64,000 nt of DNA from the human T2T-CHM13v2.0 reference genome, Homo sapiens. The notes under the pieces are model-generated. The model did no database searches. It had not been told where the DNA came from and saw nothing but the letters and a program-made list of their open reading frames with translations. Below, piece by piece: positions 1 through 14,055 of the stretch (positions within the stretch are counted from its first letter, which is position 1; each line of letters opens with the position of its first letter). Position numbers and translations under genes: made by a program. Location of the stretch: the NCBI RefSeq assembly GCF_009914755.1, contig NC_060925.1. The stretch is one strand, 5' to 3'.

Positions 1-164
1 TCATCATTAAAAAAATCTTCTGATTCCTTTCTTGTTCTGAAATACTACTTTTATTCCCAATTATCCTGTTTCTTGGCCCTGACCCATCCTATTTGCTGCT
101 TGTTCTCTGATAAACAATGCTTATTTGCTGCTTCCAAGTGGCAGCAGACGTAATGGTTAATTTC

Positions 165-360
165 ATGAGCTCTGCAGGCATAGTGCCTGGGTGTGAATCC
201 TGTCTCTCTGCCTTTTCCTAGATTAGTGAGCTTAGATGAGTCATTCACCCTTTCTGGGCCTCAGAATTCTCCCCTGCAAAATGGAGATAAAAATAGTTGT
301 GAGAATTACATGAGATGATAGATTTAGGGACTATAGAATAGTGCCTGCCATAAAGTTATT
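165..360 (+). mobile_element. MIR SINE
   Basis: MIR core-like text 'ctctgggcctcag..cccctgcaaaatggagataaaaatag..gtgagaattacatgagat'. Confidence 0.7.
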
Positions 361-519
361 CATATCTCTGTCAGAAGAGTAGGAATATGTATCCTGTCAA
401 TATAGCTGACATTTGCAGTTTACCAGGCATTCTGATTCTATTTCCTGCCCCCTCCTATCTGCTGCTTTTGGATTATCACACTTTCAGGGAATCTAGCAAG
501 AGGCCTCAAGCCTATCTAG

Positions 520-1110
520 TCTACTCATTCAAACATTTTCCAGCAAATATTTATTGCTTGGCACAAGAGATATAGTGGTTGGCAGTATTCTCTATGAGCT
601 TCTGGGAGGCATAAACCTATTCATTCATACAAACAAATATGTAATTGTGAAAAATACTGTGAATAGAAAAATAATGTGATAATACCTTCTTACAGGTAGG
701 GGAAGTCCATAAAGGCTTTTCTGAACAAATGACATCAAAGCTGAAGGCTGAAGAATGGGTTAGCCCGGCAAAGTTGAAGACATGTTATAGTGTAGGAAAA
801 GTTTGGAGACAAGAAGGGCATGCTGGATACACTCTACATCCAGTCGAACTAAAGCTAAATGAGTTACAGGGGAGAGTGATGTGGCATAAGCATAAGGTGG
901 GGAAGCAAGTGGAAGCAAAAATAGGAAGTTGAGGTTTAAAAGTCAAGCAGGGACCAGATCTGTAGGGACTTGTATGATTAATCTTCATATTAAGGGTTTT
1001 GCTTTATCCTAAAAATTACAGAAAGCATGAAGAATGCAAAGCTGGGGATTAATATAAGGAATTTTGCATTTTTAAAAGATCACACTGGAGAATAGAGAGA
1101 GGGGGAGTGG
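520..1110 (-). mobile_element. L2 LINE fragment
   Basis: Reverse complement of the L2 3' end ('cattcaaaca..caaatatttattg') followed by typical purine-rich L2 body. Confidence 0.6.
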
Positions 1111-4100
1111 AAGGGCTTCTCTCTTTGTTTCTTAGTTACAATACCTGGAAAAGGACAGTAGCCTCCTCAATGAAGCTTTCCTTGATAACATTTTGCCCAT
1201 AGAGGTGGCTTCACTCATTTTTTCACCTAATGAACCCATGATCTGTTGCACTTCTCACACTGCACTGTGAACCTGACCCAGGCCAAGGTGTTCAGTATTG
1301 TAGGATGAATAAGCGTTGATTCTCCTCTCCTAAGATGAGACAGGGGCATTTTAAGGCCAAGGACTATGTATATTCGTCTTTGTATTATCCACGGCATCTA
1401 GCAAGTCCCTACCACATGTTGGGCTCTCAATCTTTTGTTGATGTTGTTGTTGAGAAATCAGATGAAAAGAAGTGGTTTTTCATGATGGATGGAAATGGGG
1501 GTTTTGGATCATGGATGCAATTTAATTTTTTATACTCTCATTGAAAGTTGGTAATATTAATTGAAATCCTAGAGTGGCTGTTTGATAAATACCTTTGAGG
1601 GTAGCATTAGAAGATCTAAATTTGAGCATGAGCAGATGCCCAGCAAATATTAAATGAATTGAATGTGTTTCAGCCATACTTGCCTATTACATCTGTTTGT
1701 AGATCTTCTGTGGTTTATTTTAGGAGACGGAAAAAATTCTCTAATCCATCCTAAACCTCCACTAATGCCATCTTCACTTTGGCACAGTGATAACTCAGAG
1801 ATGAAAACTCTCAGGTGTGGAGAGAGCTTGCAATACCAGGTTATTAATAGATTTGAATACAGGGATTTTTTTGTTCTTTTCCTTTTGTTTAAGATGAAAC
1901 AAAAAATGGCTGAAATGAAAGTGATTTATATGCCTCTTTATGGTATTTTAAACCATAAGAGATTAATCAGTGATTACTTTTTTTTAGACTAGGAAAAATA
2001 ATTCAACTCTTTAAAACTTACCCACTTAGTATATACTGCAGGGAAATTCACTAACAAATTCATTGAGGCATTATTTACACAAGCAGAAACATGGGGTTAG
2101 TTTGTCACTTTCTCTCTGTTGTGTTATTGTTGAACATTAGCATTCAGCTCAGCAAATTGAATATTAAGAATTCTTTCTTTTTTTGTCACCATGTGTATTG
2201 ATTTCAAATGCATGCCCTATTAGTAATTTACAAAGAATGTATTTTATAGTAGAAATTGGTTTAAGTGGTTGTTCAGGAGACATGTTTTACTCAAAGCAGC
2301 ATTTAGCCTGGCTACTTTGCCTTTTGATGATTATTTAAAAGGATGCCATTATGTCTTTGTTACTTATTGTTCTCTCAGGATAAGCTAATGGTTTAAGTTC
2401 ATATTAATCCCTAGCACTTTTCAGTTTTTATCTCAAAAGTCATTGATACTTATTACTTAATTGAAAAAACTGATTCTTCTCTCCAAGCAATGTTTGTGTC
2501 TAAATATTGAGCAACTTTACAAATAAAATGACCTTTCTTATTACATATACTTTTTTCCCCTCAAATTTACTTGCTCTTTATTTTTTGCATCATACAACTT
2601 CAAAAATTTTGGGGAGGAAGCACATTTGCCTCTGTTTATCTCCATCATATTAAAATAAGAAAGCAGCAATAACTGAGTGCAGTAGTCCTGAATTTCTGAA
2701 AGTGTGAAGAGAGCAGTAGATGCAAATTAAGGGGGAAAGTCTAATATTTTATGTATCAAATTCTGATATGTTTATCTAATTGTTGAGTCTTTAGAGTTGT
2801 TTTTTATAGTTTGTGTTTATTTCTGCTAGTTTTCTGGAATTTCATTAGTTTCATAAAGTTTACGGATGATTATACTCCAATCCCTTTATTTGACAATTGA
2901 GGAAACCGAAGTCCCAGAGCTAAGTGGATAACTAGAGCTAGGTGGATGTCGGGGCTGGGAGTGGAGACAGCAGTTCAGGCTCTGCTTTATCCGGCATGTC
3001 TTCCTTCAGTTCATAGTACAGTACATGCTAGCACAAACCAGAAAACCTTCTTTTTCTTGAACTAAACCTTGATGTTAGTTTTAAAAGTCAAGATCCCATG
3101 GTCTAGTTTTGAGGTTCTTAGACGTTTATACTTTATGAATTGATAAAATTTCCAAAGAATTAGGAGACTTACGTAGAATTGCCAATTTTTAGTTTTCTCA
3201 GTTCAGAACATTAAGAAACAAAGCAAAAATACACCAATGCCTCATTATATTATTGTCATTTCATAAATGGACATTTTCTCATCTAAAAGGAGATGAGTAG
3301 GACTTTTCCTGTTAAGCTAGAAAGGGCAACTGTAACCCAAAACAGTGAACTAAAAGCCATCAAACTATTTCACGTTCTGTAAGGATAGACATACACAAGG
3401 GTGGTCTCGTACCTCGCTCTGAGGCAGAGGCAGCCAGATGGGTTCTGATTCTAATCCTCATCCTGGCAACCTCTGAACTCTCATATACATAGACTCTAGG
3501 TGGGGAGAGGAGGTGTTGGAGAAGTGCGTTATTGGCCTACTGAAAATGAAGAACCATTTCTAGAGACAAGTGCCTTCAACAAAGGACAGGTTAACTTCTG
3601 TATCCCTTAGGCTCCAGTTAGGAAAACAAAAGGATTTAATACAAGCAATTTGTCAATTCTCCTGGAAGAATAAAGAGGGTCTCCTCTCTCCAAGTCTCTT
3701 CTAGTCTCCTACCAGTGATTTCCATTGTCAGCACCTAAAGGAAGCCACCTAGAAAGAGAATCTGTTAAATATAGTTTGCGATGTAGTCTGCAATGTAGTT
3801 TGATTCACATAGCAGAATTTAGAATGATTGGCTTGGGGCTGAAAGACATTGGTAAATAACTGACAGTATCTCTTCTCTCCATTGATCACTTATGGAGAAG
3901 GATTTTGTGCTTTTTTGAGAAGGAGAAAGAGAAGTGGAGAGATATAGCAAGGAACAGAGAAGAAATAGCAGCAAAGCAGCCTATACATTTAGGTGTATCT
4001 ATACATTTAGTATACATACATTTAGTGATATATATATTTAGTGTGACAAGGATGCTTGAGCTTATTCTGGATCAAGTGGACATTGCAGCTTGAGCCATCA

Positions 4101-5954
4101 TGTCATTATTCCAATCAAGAGAGTAGACTATCGGGCAAGGGGACCTTACCAACAGGAGTTTCAATGTGTGCCAGTGGGGGTGGAACTGAAGTTACTTCTC
4201 CCCAGTGTGAAAGCTCCTACTGCCCCGTTACAGGAAGGGCCTCATCTCAACACCTTCCTTAGAGAAGGCGTCAAAGTAAGTCTGATTTTACCAGAGAAGC
4301 AGAGACACTCAAAAAGGACTGCAATTAAATGCTTAGTTAAGTAAGAAGACTTTTCCCTCTTGTCATTAGTTCTTCTACTCTGCCACAATATAGAAAGAGT
4401 TAGAACCTGAAGATAAAAATAGAGAGGAAGAATAAAAGAGTAGTACATTCTTTCTTCCCACTCCAAGTCCCAGACACTGGCCACTGAATTAAAACAGTTA
4501 TACGATGGGAGTTATGGAAGCAATCTGAACTGTTGTTAAGGAGGAGAGAATAGATTTGATATTGCATATGGAAAACAGTTATTGGAGAAAAATGAAGACT
4601 AGTTCATATCTGTGCTCTACTGAGTTCAGAATGTTCAATAAATCAGTTACATAAGAAATAGAATGAAAGCTTTTTGAACATCATCTGCAAAATAAAAGAT
4701 ATTTTTTAAATTGGAAAAAAAGTAGTATTTTTAAACTCAAAATATTACTTTTGTTTTTCTCATTTCTGCATGGTTTTGTCTAGCATGTGTCCATGATATA
4801 GAATTTTAAAATAATTATCACTATTCACTGAAATTCCTTTTAGCCAGGTATCACTAGTACTGATAACTCTAACCTGTGAAAGGTGAAATTCACACATTAA
4901 CACAGAAGTCAGGGTCCTTTTCCTCATTTTAGCCTTTAAATATCTGTGGAGAAAGGGGAAAGAGGAAAAGGTGCAATTATATAAAGAATATTCTAGTGTG
5001 AATAAAACAGAACGTTATGAAGGACTAATATAAATTTAAAAGCATCTTTTAAGTGGTGAAATATAAAACCACAGGGAAAACTATTAAACATATATCAGAA
5101 ATGGAATCTGTCATCACATTTGTCACCTTGGAAATTTTTAGAAAGACTTTGTTTTAATGAAGCATATGGTGTTTTGCTTATTCAGAAGCAAATTTTATAA
5201 GGGACAGTAATCTCAGATTAAGAGAACCTGATCTGTCCTCTCACTTACAACATTTGCCTTAAATATGAGGCATTTAAAAACTTTAGTATCTTTTAATATC
5301 ACTCCTTTTTGTCCTTACGCTAGTAGGGAGCATGGCTCCAGGAAACTGATCACCTTAACTTGTATTACCAATATCAGAAAAAAAAGATATAAAGACCATT
5401 TCACCTAGTTTCACCTTGAAAAGATGTAAATAAGACCCAATCAGTGGTACAGTGATAGGTTAATAGTCTTGGTTTTAGAACAAGAATGTTCTGGTCTTAA
5501 CCAGTAGAGTGCATGCCTTTGGGCAGGCTTCATTACTGTTCCCAAGAAATGATTCCCTCACTTGTCTTGATAATTGTGCCTAGCTCATTTGGTTGGTTGC
5601 TTTTATGACATAATTGAAATCATGTACGTAGAGTGCTTAAAAATGGCTGAAGGTAAATCCTCCATCTCTGTTAGCCTAAACAAAAGGCAGCAGAGGTTCC
5701 TGAAAAGAATCTCCATTGTCATCTGTGAGTGAGGACACAAAACTATTTTTGCCTTACAAAAACAAATTGAGATAATGCTTGCCGACCTTTTCTCAAAGTA
5801 TCAAAACCAATCTAGATCTCCAAGTAGGTTCTACTCATTTATTCTTTCAATACTTATTTATTGAGACTTGCTTGTGTCAGTCACTGTGCTAGGAACTGAG
5901 GGGAGATATTTAACAATTACCTTCTGACTATTGTAAAGTTTTGGAAGCAAGTCT

Positions 5955-6378
5955 GTATTAGTCAGGATCCTAGTAGGAAATAGATTGTTCTCTTAAAGAA
6001 GCTGAAAGAGAGTTTAATGGAGGTACTATTTACAAAGGGTATGGGCAGGGTTGAGGATAAACAAAAAGGGCTATGAAATACCAGGAGGCTAGCAACAATG
6101 GGAAGCTGCTTCCGGTTCTACAGCTAAATAGGGAGGCCTGCAGGATCTGTGACCTCAAGTAGAACGTTTTAGCCATGGCTACACTATGGCCAGCAGAGAG
6201 GGTCCCCTCTTTCCTCCTGCCTTCTGATCTTTTGCAACTGCCTCCATTGGCTGAACATACCCAGGAGCCAGAGGGCTAGACAGTACCTGAGAACCAGCCT
6301 CCCAGGGCACAGACCAGAATGGAGAAGGGCCAAGAGTGGGTCTGAAGGGGCAGATGAGGAATATCCAGAAAACAATCA
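5955..6378. mobile_element. Old MaLR LTR (MLT1 family)
   Basis: Begins 'tgtattagtcagg' and has MLT1-like internal text. Confidence 0.55.
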
Positions 6379-7699
6379 ATCTATATTTCTTGCTTTTTTT
6401 TTGTCTTATATAACATATATTGACTTTTTTCCCTAAATATAAAATAATGTATTTTTATTGTAGAACATTTGGAAAACTGCCTTGTAATTTGTGATCCTGC
6501 TTTTTCCGAGTCAGGACATGTGTCCGATTGAAGGCACATGAATTTATATAGTAAGTTATCATACTCAAAGGATCATAAAACAAATTTATTTCCATGGCTA
6601 AGACCTTACAAAAATACTCTTGCTTGTAAAAAGACCTACTGATGTTACCCTGGACCATTTTGTCTCTCTGCCTGTTGTAAGCTTCCTCATCATGGCATCT
6701 TTCTACATGTATTGCACTCTTGGCATTCCTTTTTATATTTTTGAACATCATATTGTTCTACATTTTCTCCACTAAAGAAATTCAACTCACTTAGAAAACC
6801 TTCTATAACCCTTATTCCATTATTATCATTCTTCCATTATCATCATTTCACATAGCATCTTTAATATTTTTTATATGCTCACAACTTTACAGTTATAATC
6901 ATTGAGTATGTATAGTTTTATATCCTGCGTTTAAAACACATTTAAATCTTGCTTTTCTTAAATTTAGGAGTCTGAACTTTTTTTTTTTCAGGTTTAACCC
7001 TAACTATAGAGGCCCTCAATATTGACTATAACCCTGATAAAATATCTCTTGTTGCTTGTCTACTTTTGCTGGGTTTCAAGCAGCCTTTGAGTAAAAGTAT
7101 TAAAATTCTGCCTGCTGCTGTTTGGTCAGCATTAGAGGGGCATCGTAGTTCTAATCATTCTTTGGTGTATGCCGAGGAAATTCTTGTCCTTTGCATATTG
7201 AATCAAATACCTGAAAAGCCCATGGGGTTCTCTCCCTAGAGCACTTATAAAGGCAAAGTTTCTCCCTTCCCCCATTCTCTTATCTACTTTGTCAGTTTCA
7301 CTGCCAACTCCTGCATAATGTAGTCAAATTATGTGTTAGAAATTCAACCCTGGTTTCCTGGGTGATGGTACAATGCCACTGCTTAGTATTCCTAGTCACA
7401 TAGCTACAATTTCATCATGCTGTTAATCTATATATATCTTCATGCTAGAGAAGCAGACTTTTTTTTAAATAAGGCATGCATTAAGGGTTAAATGGACACA
7501 GTGAAAAAAATATGTAGGAGTCCTTGAGCTCAGCAACAATACAGGATATTTTTGGTACTAAGACCTTGTGAAACCATTATATGGACTAATACTTCTTGGA
7601 TTTTGTATTTTTTATAGTACATCTTTTTTCAGTTAAATTCTGCAAACACCGAATTCTTTGTATTGTCTTGTAGTCTGTTGTATGACAACTTTATATTTT

Positions 7700-7870
7700 A
7701 AAAATTTTATTTTAGACTTAGTGGGTACATGTGCAGGTTTGTTACATGGATATATTGAGTAACGCTGAGATTTGGGCTTCCAGTGAACCCATCAACCCAA
7801 ATAGTGAAGACAGTGCCCAATAGATACTATTTCACCTTTTACCCCCCTCCCACTCTCTTCCCTTTGAGTC
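7700..7870 (-). mobile_element. L1 (L1PB/L1MA-like) 3' end fragment
   Basis: 'gggtacatgtgcaggtttgttacatggatatattg..cccaaatagtga' is the antisense L1 3' UTR terminus. Confidence 0.75.
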
Positions 7871-8703
7871 TTCATAAACCAGTAACTGCTTTGCCTTTGG
7901 TTTCCACAATCAGAGTGCACCCTTAAATTCTGGTAGTGTTATAGAGGTTCTTTGTTTCTGCAATGACTTCCAGTGATCTACACAAAGCCAATGTCATGAA
8001 CTACAGCATCTCTATCTCAAAATAGCTAGATTTGTGTGACTTAAACCAGGAAATTCAAGCTCTAACTACCGGTTGCTAGAATTTTCTGTGATAAGTAATT
8101 GCCTACTAGTTTATGCAATAGACATATGAGAGATTTAAACTGGTGGTAAAAATTAAGATTAAGGTTTTTTTCTTTCATGTATATATATTCTGTATTGGTT
8201 TACTTTTCTTCACTTTTTTTTTGACAGTATAAAGCAGTCATATTCTTTAAATTCTGAACTCGTCATATTTTAGCTGTGTTACCTTGGCCAAATAATTTGT
8301 TCTCTCTGTTCCTTTGTAGAAAAAGTGATGAAAATAATCTAACAAACTGTTGCAAGCATCAAATAAAATATTTTATGGGAATATACTTTGTAAACTATAA
8401 AACATTTGTGTAAAATGCATGTTATTTTTAGATTCTTCATGATCATTATTTGGGAGCCTAATTGTTACTCATTATTCTTACTATCTTTTCCCAAATAGCT
8501 TTGTACCAATTTCTTGGATTTTTGTATTAATATTTTGTGAAGCTCTTTTCTCAGCATATCAAACTTAATTGGCTTGGGAAATTATGATGTTTGCTTTTAC
8601 ATGTACATTGTACATATTTCAAATGTTAATTTAGAGAGTATGCCACATATTTTTCTTTAAGGATACAGAGCTGTTCTTTTTTGTGTGTTTTTTTCTCCTG
8701 TAG

Positions 8704-8815
8704 GTATTAAAAAGTGTCAGCAAACTGCATTGAATAACAGACATCCTAAGAGGGGATATTTTCCACCTCTATAATGAAGAAAAGCAGGAGTGTGATGACG
8801 GTGATGGCTGATGAT
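8704..8815 (+). other. PDE4B: PDE4B exon (112 nt) containing 70 nt of 5' UTR and the PDE4B1 start codon
   Basis: Polypyrimidine tract plus ctgtag acceptor ending at 8703; GAT|gtaagt donor at 8816; in-frame upstream TAA at 8747-8749 supports ATG 8774 as the start. Confidence 0.93.
8774..8815 (+). CDS. PDE4B: PDE4B1 first coding segment, MKKSRSVMTVMADD (phase-0 donor)
   Basis: Translation matches the recalled N-terminus of human PDE4B1 and splices in frame to 14056. Confidence 0.95.
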
Positions 8816-9249
8816 GTAAGTTTCAAAAGGTCCCAATCATGTTTGGTCTGTTCAATAAAGAAGTCACTGGATAATTCTATTCAAAGGGCAGCTGGGGGCA
8901 TTTAACACACCACTCTGTGACTAGGTGTTTCTATGACATGGGCACAGCCAGCACCTGGACCTGACGTTCTGTGAGTTGGACAGCAGGAACAATGCCCTCT
9001 TTGCATCTTGGAAATGGGCTGAGTTTCACTTTTATGGTTTTCAATCACAGAACCACCAATCTCTAGTCTATGCCCAGATCCTCACTCTCAGATAATTCCT
9101 CTTTCCACACTGCTTGCATTATCATCAGTTCTCTGATAACTTTCTTCCACACTTTTACCCATGTACAGCTAACCCTTGAAAGTCACTTCCTGTGGTGGGG
9201 TTTTTGACAACTACTCCTAAGAAGCTTGTGATACACACATCCCCTAGGC

Positions 9250-9412
9250 CTTTGCTACTGAAGTGTAGTCCTTGGACTAGCAGTATTAGCATTACCTGGG
9301 TGTTTATTGAGAATGCAGAATCTCAGGCCACACCTCAGACCTACAAATCAGACTATATTTTAATGGGATAGCAGAGTAAATAGGTATGTACTTTGTTTGA
9401 AAGCCCCGATCT
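9250..9412. mobile_element. MER5A hAT-Charlie DNA transposon
   Basis: 'aagtgtagtcc..cagtattagcattacctggg..aatgcagaatctcaggcc..cagacctac'. Confidence 0.7.
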
Positions 9413-10331
9413 AAATCATCTGAAGAAATCTGTAAACTATCTTCTATAGCTTTGGATCTTGGTCCTTAATTATCTCTTTGCTTTCAATTGACCAATCCTT
9501 CATTAGTGTGTCTTTAATTGTCTCATCTTTACCCAATTACTGTTTGTAATTGAACTAAAAATTATGTGCCGCTGATCAGATATGTGAAAGGAAAGAAGGG
9601 AGGGAAGAAGAAAAAACAATTTTCCTTGTTTTCTGTAATAATCCATCTTGTTAAGCTCCTGTTTCACAGATGCTCACCCTATGGGCCCTGTGGTCCCTTT
9701 GCCTCATACCGTAGCAAAGCCTTTGGCAAGAATGCTAGAACTAATTCTCAGCTTCCTTCTGTGTTCCTGTAGGACCCACAGTGCAGAGGGAGAGTTAGGT
9801 GTGCTATTTAGATTTTTCCTTCCCAAATACACTCCTTTTCCATTGCCATTTCTATTTTTTGTGTCAAAGAATCTAGTTAATGTGTTCTGTTCTGTCACTT
9901 GTGGCAGCATTTACTTCTTCTTCTTCTTCTTTTTTTTTTTTCTTTCTTCCTCTCTCCTGGACCAGAAGGGCATTTCCTTAAGTTATAGTCTAAGTTCTCA
10001 GTACCAGCGTTGCTCAGGATACCTAAAAGAAAACTTCTGGAATTTAGAAAACTTTTTTTCTTAAAAAAAAAAAAAAAGGCTTGTGATTGTCCCTTAATAC
10101 TATTTGTATACTGTGTGCGCCAATATTTTGTTTTTTGGAAGAATAAAACTGAGCAATGCCTTCCATACGGACAAACCATTAGTTCTTTCTCATTGCATCC
10201 TTAGAATAATAATCCTGATCCTCCCTGAGGGAATGGTGGGCATAGTCAAAAGAAGAGGAAGGTTGCCTGCAAGAAGCATGCAATGGATATGAACATTAAC
10301 CCCACCATATTGAATAAATATTACCTAGATT

Positions 10332-10620
10332 TACTCTGTCCACTGTGGTAGCCACCAGCCACATGTGACTATTAAGTATTAGTCTAAATGGAAATGTGCT
10401 GTAAGCATGAAATACATCTTGGATTTTGAATATACAGTGCAATACAAAGCATTTCATTAATAATTTTTGATAATATTACATGTTGCAATGGTTATATTTT
10501 GCATATGCAAGCCTAAGTAAAATATGTTATTAAACTAAATTTTACCTGTTTCTTTTTACTTTTTAAATGTATCTACTAGAAAATTTAACATTACACTTTT
10601 GGTTCTCATTTGCATTTCTA
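10332..10620. mobile_element. MER33/MER3-like hAT DNA transposon
   Basis: 'gtagccaccagccacatgtgactatt..tttacctgtttctttttactttttaaatgt..ctactagaaaattta'. Confidence 0.7.
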
Positions 10621-12194
10621 ATCACAGAAATTATATGTGCAAATATATTAGGAGATTGTTTCAAAGAAGGGAAAATAGTAAGAGCGATAAAAATTATTCC
10701 AACAAACTACTCTTGTAATTGATGGTGACTGCCTACAATGAAATCAGTTTTTGAAGAAAAAATTACTTTTATTATTGTCTCATGGAGTATCATGACATTT
10801 AGCTTCAATAGGGACTCTGACTGTCATTTGCTGCTTTCCATAATTTCCATTTCTGATTTCATAAGACTTAAAAAATTATGTCCTGTGGTCCAAATTGAAT
10901 GTGTACCGAAGCACAGTAGGAGACCTTAAAAATACCTTATTCCATTTTCTCACTATGAGTTTAACCAAAAGAATTCAAAAAGTAGAGAATGCTTCAAAAA
11001 TGACTGAAATAGACAAAACAAAAGACAAGTAACAACAGCAACAAAACCTTGACTACTTAAGCACCAGCATTTCTCATCTGGACATTTCAATGGTCCTAAC
11101 TTGGTTGGTTTCGATATGGGGATATGACAAACAGCTCAGTCCTTTGGTGTCCCCTCCCCCTCCTCTCTGTAAACTTCTACTTAGGTGCAGGATTTTACAC
11201 TACCTTTTCCTTTGTGACAAGCTTTTCAAATTTTATTGGCAAGAATACTGACTTTTAAACAAACAGTTATTCAGAAACAGAAGGATAATCCAAAACTACG
11301 TTGTTTCCTTAGGGATTTTTCATATTACCAGGGAATTTTGGAAACCATGATACATTTTAAAAGTTGTGATTTCCAGAGGTAACATTCAAATTAATGTTCC
11401 TTTCTGCAAAATATTTGAAAATTTAGGAAAGGAAGTTCAAGATCACAAATCAGTAATTGAGAATTGACTAAATTAAATTTTACTTTGAGGTTTTTAGTAA
11501 TTTTAGAGTAGTGGTGTATAAATTATGGGTATGAATTACAGAGTGTGAAGTAATTATGAATAAATCTGCATGAGTTAATTAGTGTTTGTAAAACAATATT
11601 AAGTTTTCATCTTGAATTTAATTTCTGAAAAGCTATTCCATTATGTTCTTACTTTGTGGCAATGCATTTAATATTAACTGAGGTCTTCTGGAACAAATCT
11701 TTTTAACTTAAAGAATATTTCAAATTTGAAAATTTGAGCTTGTTTGCAAATTAGTGTGGGAAATATTTTGTGATAGGTGTGACTTTTTTATTTTTCAAAT
11801 AACAAGTGCCAAATAGTACCCATTTAGGTCACTTACTACAATTAAACCTGGATGGTAATAGTTCTTTTTTCTAAAGAAGAAAAATATCTAATAATCATAT
11901 TAGGAGGTTAGGGTGGTTGGCGGTTTAGCTACATGATAGATATCCTTATTTCTGTTCTTTGGTAAGGTGTGTCTTACATAAGAGATAAAGTATATATTCA
12001 AGACTTTGCTTTCCAGATAACCAGTGCTTTCTTTACATGCATATTTGGAACTAGACTGATTTACCATTATGATTTCCTTTAGTTTATTCTTAAATCTCTT
12101 CAGGAAGATTTTATATATTTTGTCTCCTAAAGAAGTTTGTAAGTCTTTTAAAAAATAAACATATATATTAGTTTTTCCCTTTAGCCTCTAATTT

Positions 12195-12245
12195 ACACAC
12201 ATAGACACACACACACATGCACACACACATACACACACAACATAC
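12195..12245. repeat. Imperfect (CA)n microsatellite
   Basis: Read directly from the sequence. Confidence 0.9.
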
Positions 12246-13340
12246 AGTAAGTGCTAGGCCTACAATGGATTTGATATAATAACTAGTTACTAGACAGTGA
12301 AACACTGATACATTCCAGAATGTTTCAAACTCTGGAAAATTTTAAATTGTTTTGTCTTCTTCCTGATACTGAACTATGATTCTACTGAATTTCAAATAAA
12401 TAGTATTTTAAAATTATAAGTCAAGCACAAGAAAATATAATGGTGTCTCATTTTCTGGTATGGAGGGTGGGGCTCCTGAAAATTCTCAAGCCTGTTCTTG
12501 CCTAGATTTCTATCATCGAAGTATAGTCTTGCATGCATCAGATAAGTATAAATCACTAGATTATATGTTCTATGAGAAAAGATACCATTCCTCTTTTTGC
12601 TATTGTATCCTTAAATAGCACAGTGCAAAATAATAATAGATGTGTGTCAAATATTTGTTGAATTAACCCAGCTAGATCCTCAAACTTGAGTTAATTATCC
12701 TTATATGAACTAGGATAGGGGCCGTGGGGTAGAGGAGCGGAGGGTAAAGAACTTTGTTTAAACTTTAGGAGGTCTAGTCTCAGGTTCTCCTAACTCGAGT
12801 CTGAAGAGCTAGTAGGAAATACCTGTCTTTAGTGTCACAGAGTAATTTTCAGGTGAGAGACTGTAGCCTGATGCTAGGACTTCCGTTATTCCCTGCTAGC
12901 TAAGTGTGAACAGTGAAAATTGTAACTTTGAAACCTTAAGTTGATATCAGTGACCATTGCAGGGCTATAACATTTTCTGTCTTTTAGCTGGTATGAATGG
13001 TACACCAGGCAGAGGCTCATTTGGGCCTCCCACTCCCAACAATCTCAGGACCCATTGTCACCAAAAGATATGGGAAGAATAAATAACTTGTATCATTGAG
13101 TACCGCACAATGTCTTTGTCTTCTCACAAAGTGTATGATTAATGTCAGCATTAGGGCATGTACTTGAACGTGGCAGTTCAAGACTGAATAAAGTATACTT
13201 CTTTTTCTGAGTTCTTACACAATTTGAAAAAAAAATCTCCAATTGTAAGAAGACCTTTCATAAGAACATAACAGTCACCTCTAATTATCAACATTCAGCT
13301 GTTCTAAGATAGATAATATTTTTACTTTAAAACACTGGAT

Positions 13341-13640
13341 GGCTAGGCGTAGTGGCTCATGCCTGTAATCCCAGCACTTTGGGAGGCCGGGACAGGCAGA
13401 TCACCTGAGGTCAGGAGTTTGAGACCAGCCTGGCCAACATGGCGAAACCCCGTCCCTACTAAAAATACAAAAATTAGCCGGGCGTTGTGGTGTGTGCCTG
13501 TAGTCCTAGCTACTTGGGAGGCTGAGGCAGGAGAATCACTTAAACCCAGGAGGAAGTGGTTGCAGTGAGCTGAGATCACTCCAGCCTGGGTGACAGAGCG
13601 AGACTCCATCTCCAAAAATAAATAAATACATAAAATAAAA
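13341..13640 (+). mobile_element. AluS (Sx/Sz-like) in the intron between the two exons
   Basis: Dimeric Alu with A-rich tail; about 10 bp missing after 'gagatc' in the right arm. Confidence 0.93.
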
Positions 13641-14055
13641 TACTGAACGAGAAACTTTATATTTTCTCATAGTTTGTTCCCATAGTTGCAGAACGATAAC
13701 ATTGATTTCCAAAATATATTTTTGATTTTAGCAAATATCATTTTAGCAACTTATGAAAAAAATTAAAATAGGAAAGAAGGAGGCCTCCAATCCACATGCT
13801 ACAACTAGTAAACATTATCTATATGCCTAAAAATCTCCAGGAATATGCAACTGATAAGTTTATTCTAAAAGCTGAGAATCAGCCTCTTCTATTGTTTTCT
13901 CTTTAAGCTTTTGACATCGTTGTTAGATTCTGATTGTGAGATAATCAGGACATCATAAGTGACAGCTTGATCATTTAGTTTCTTCTTTCACTCCATTTAA
14001 CATTTGAATTTCATTTTCTTTCTCTTCTTTTTTTCTTTCCCTGTGGTTCCTCCAG

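Noticed and set aside
1900-2500. Apparently repeat-free AT-rich stretch that might be a conserved enhancer
   Set aside because: Conservation and chromatin state cannot be judged from the sequence alone.
9566-10292. Cluster of overlapping ORFs up to 138 aa
   Set aside because: Low-complexity (CTT)n, poly-T and poly-A sequence; no splice or homology support.
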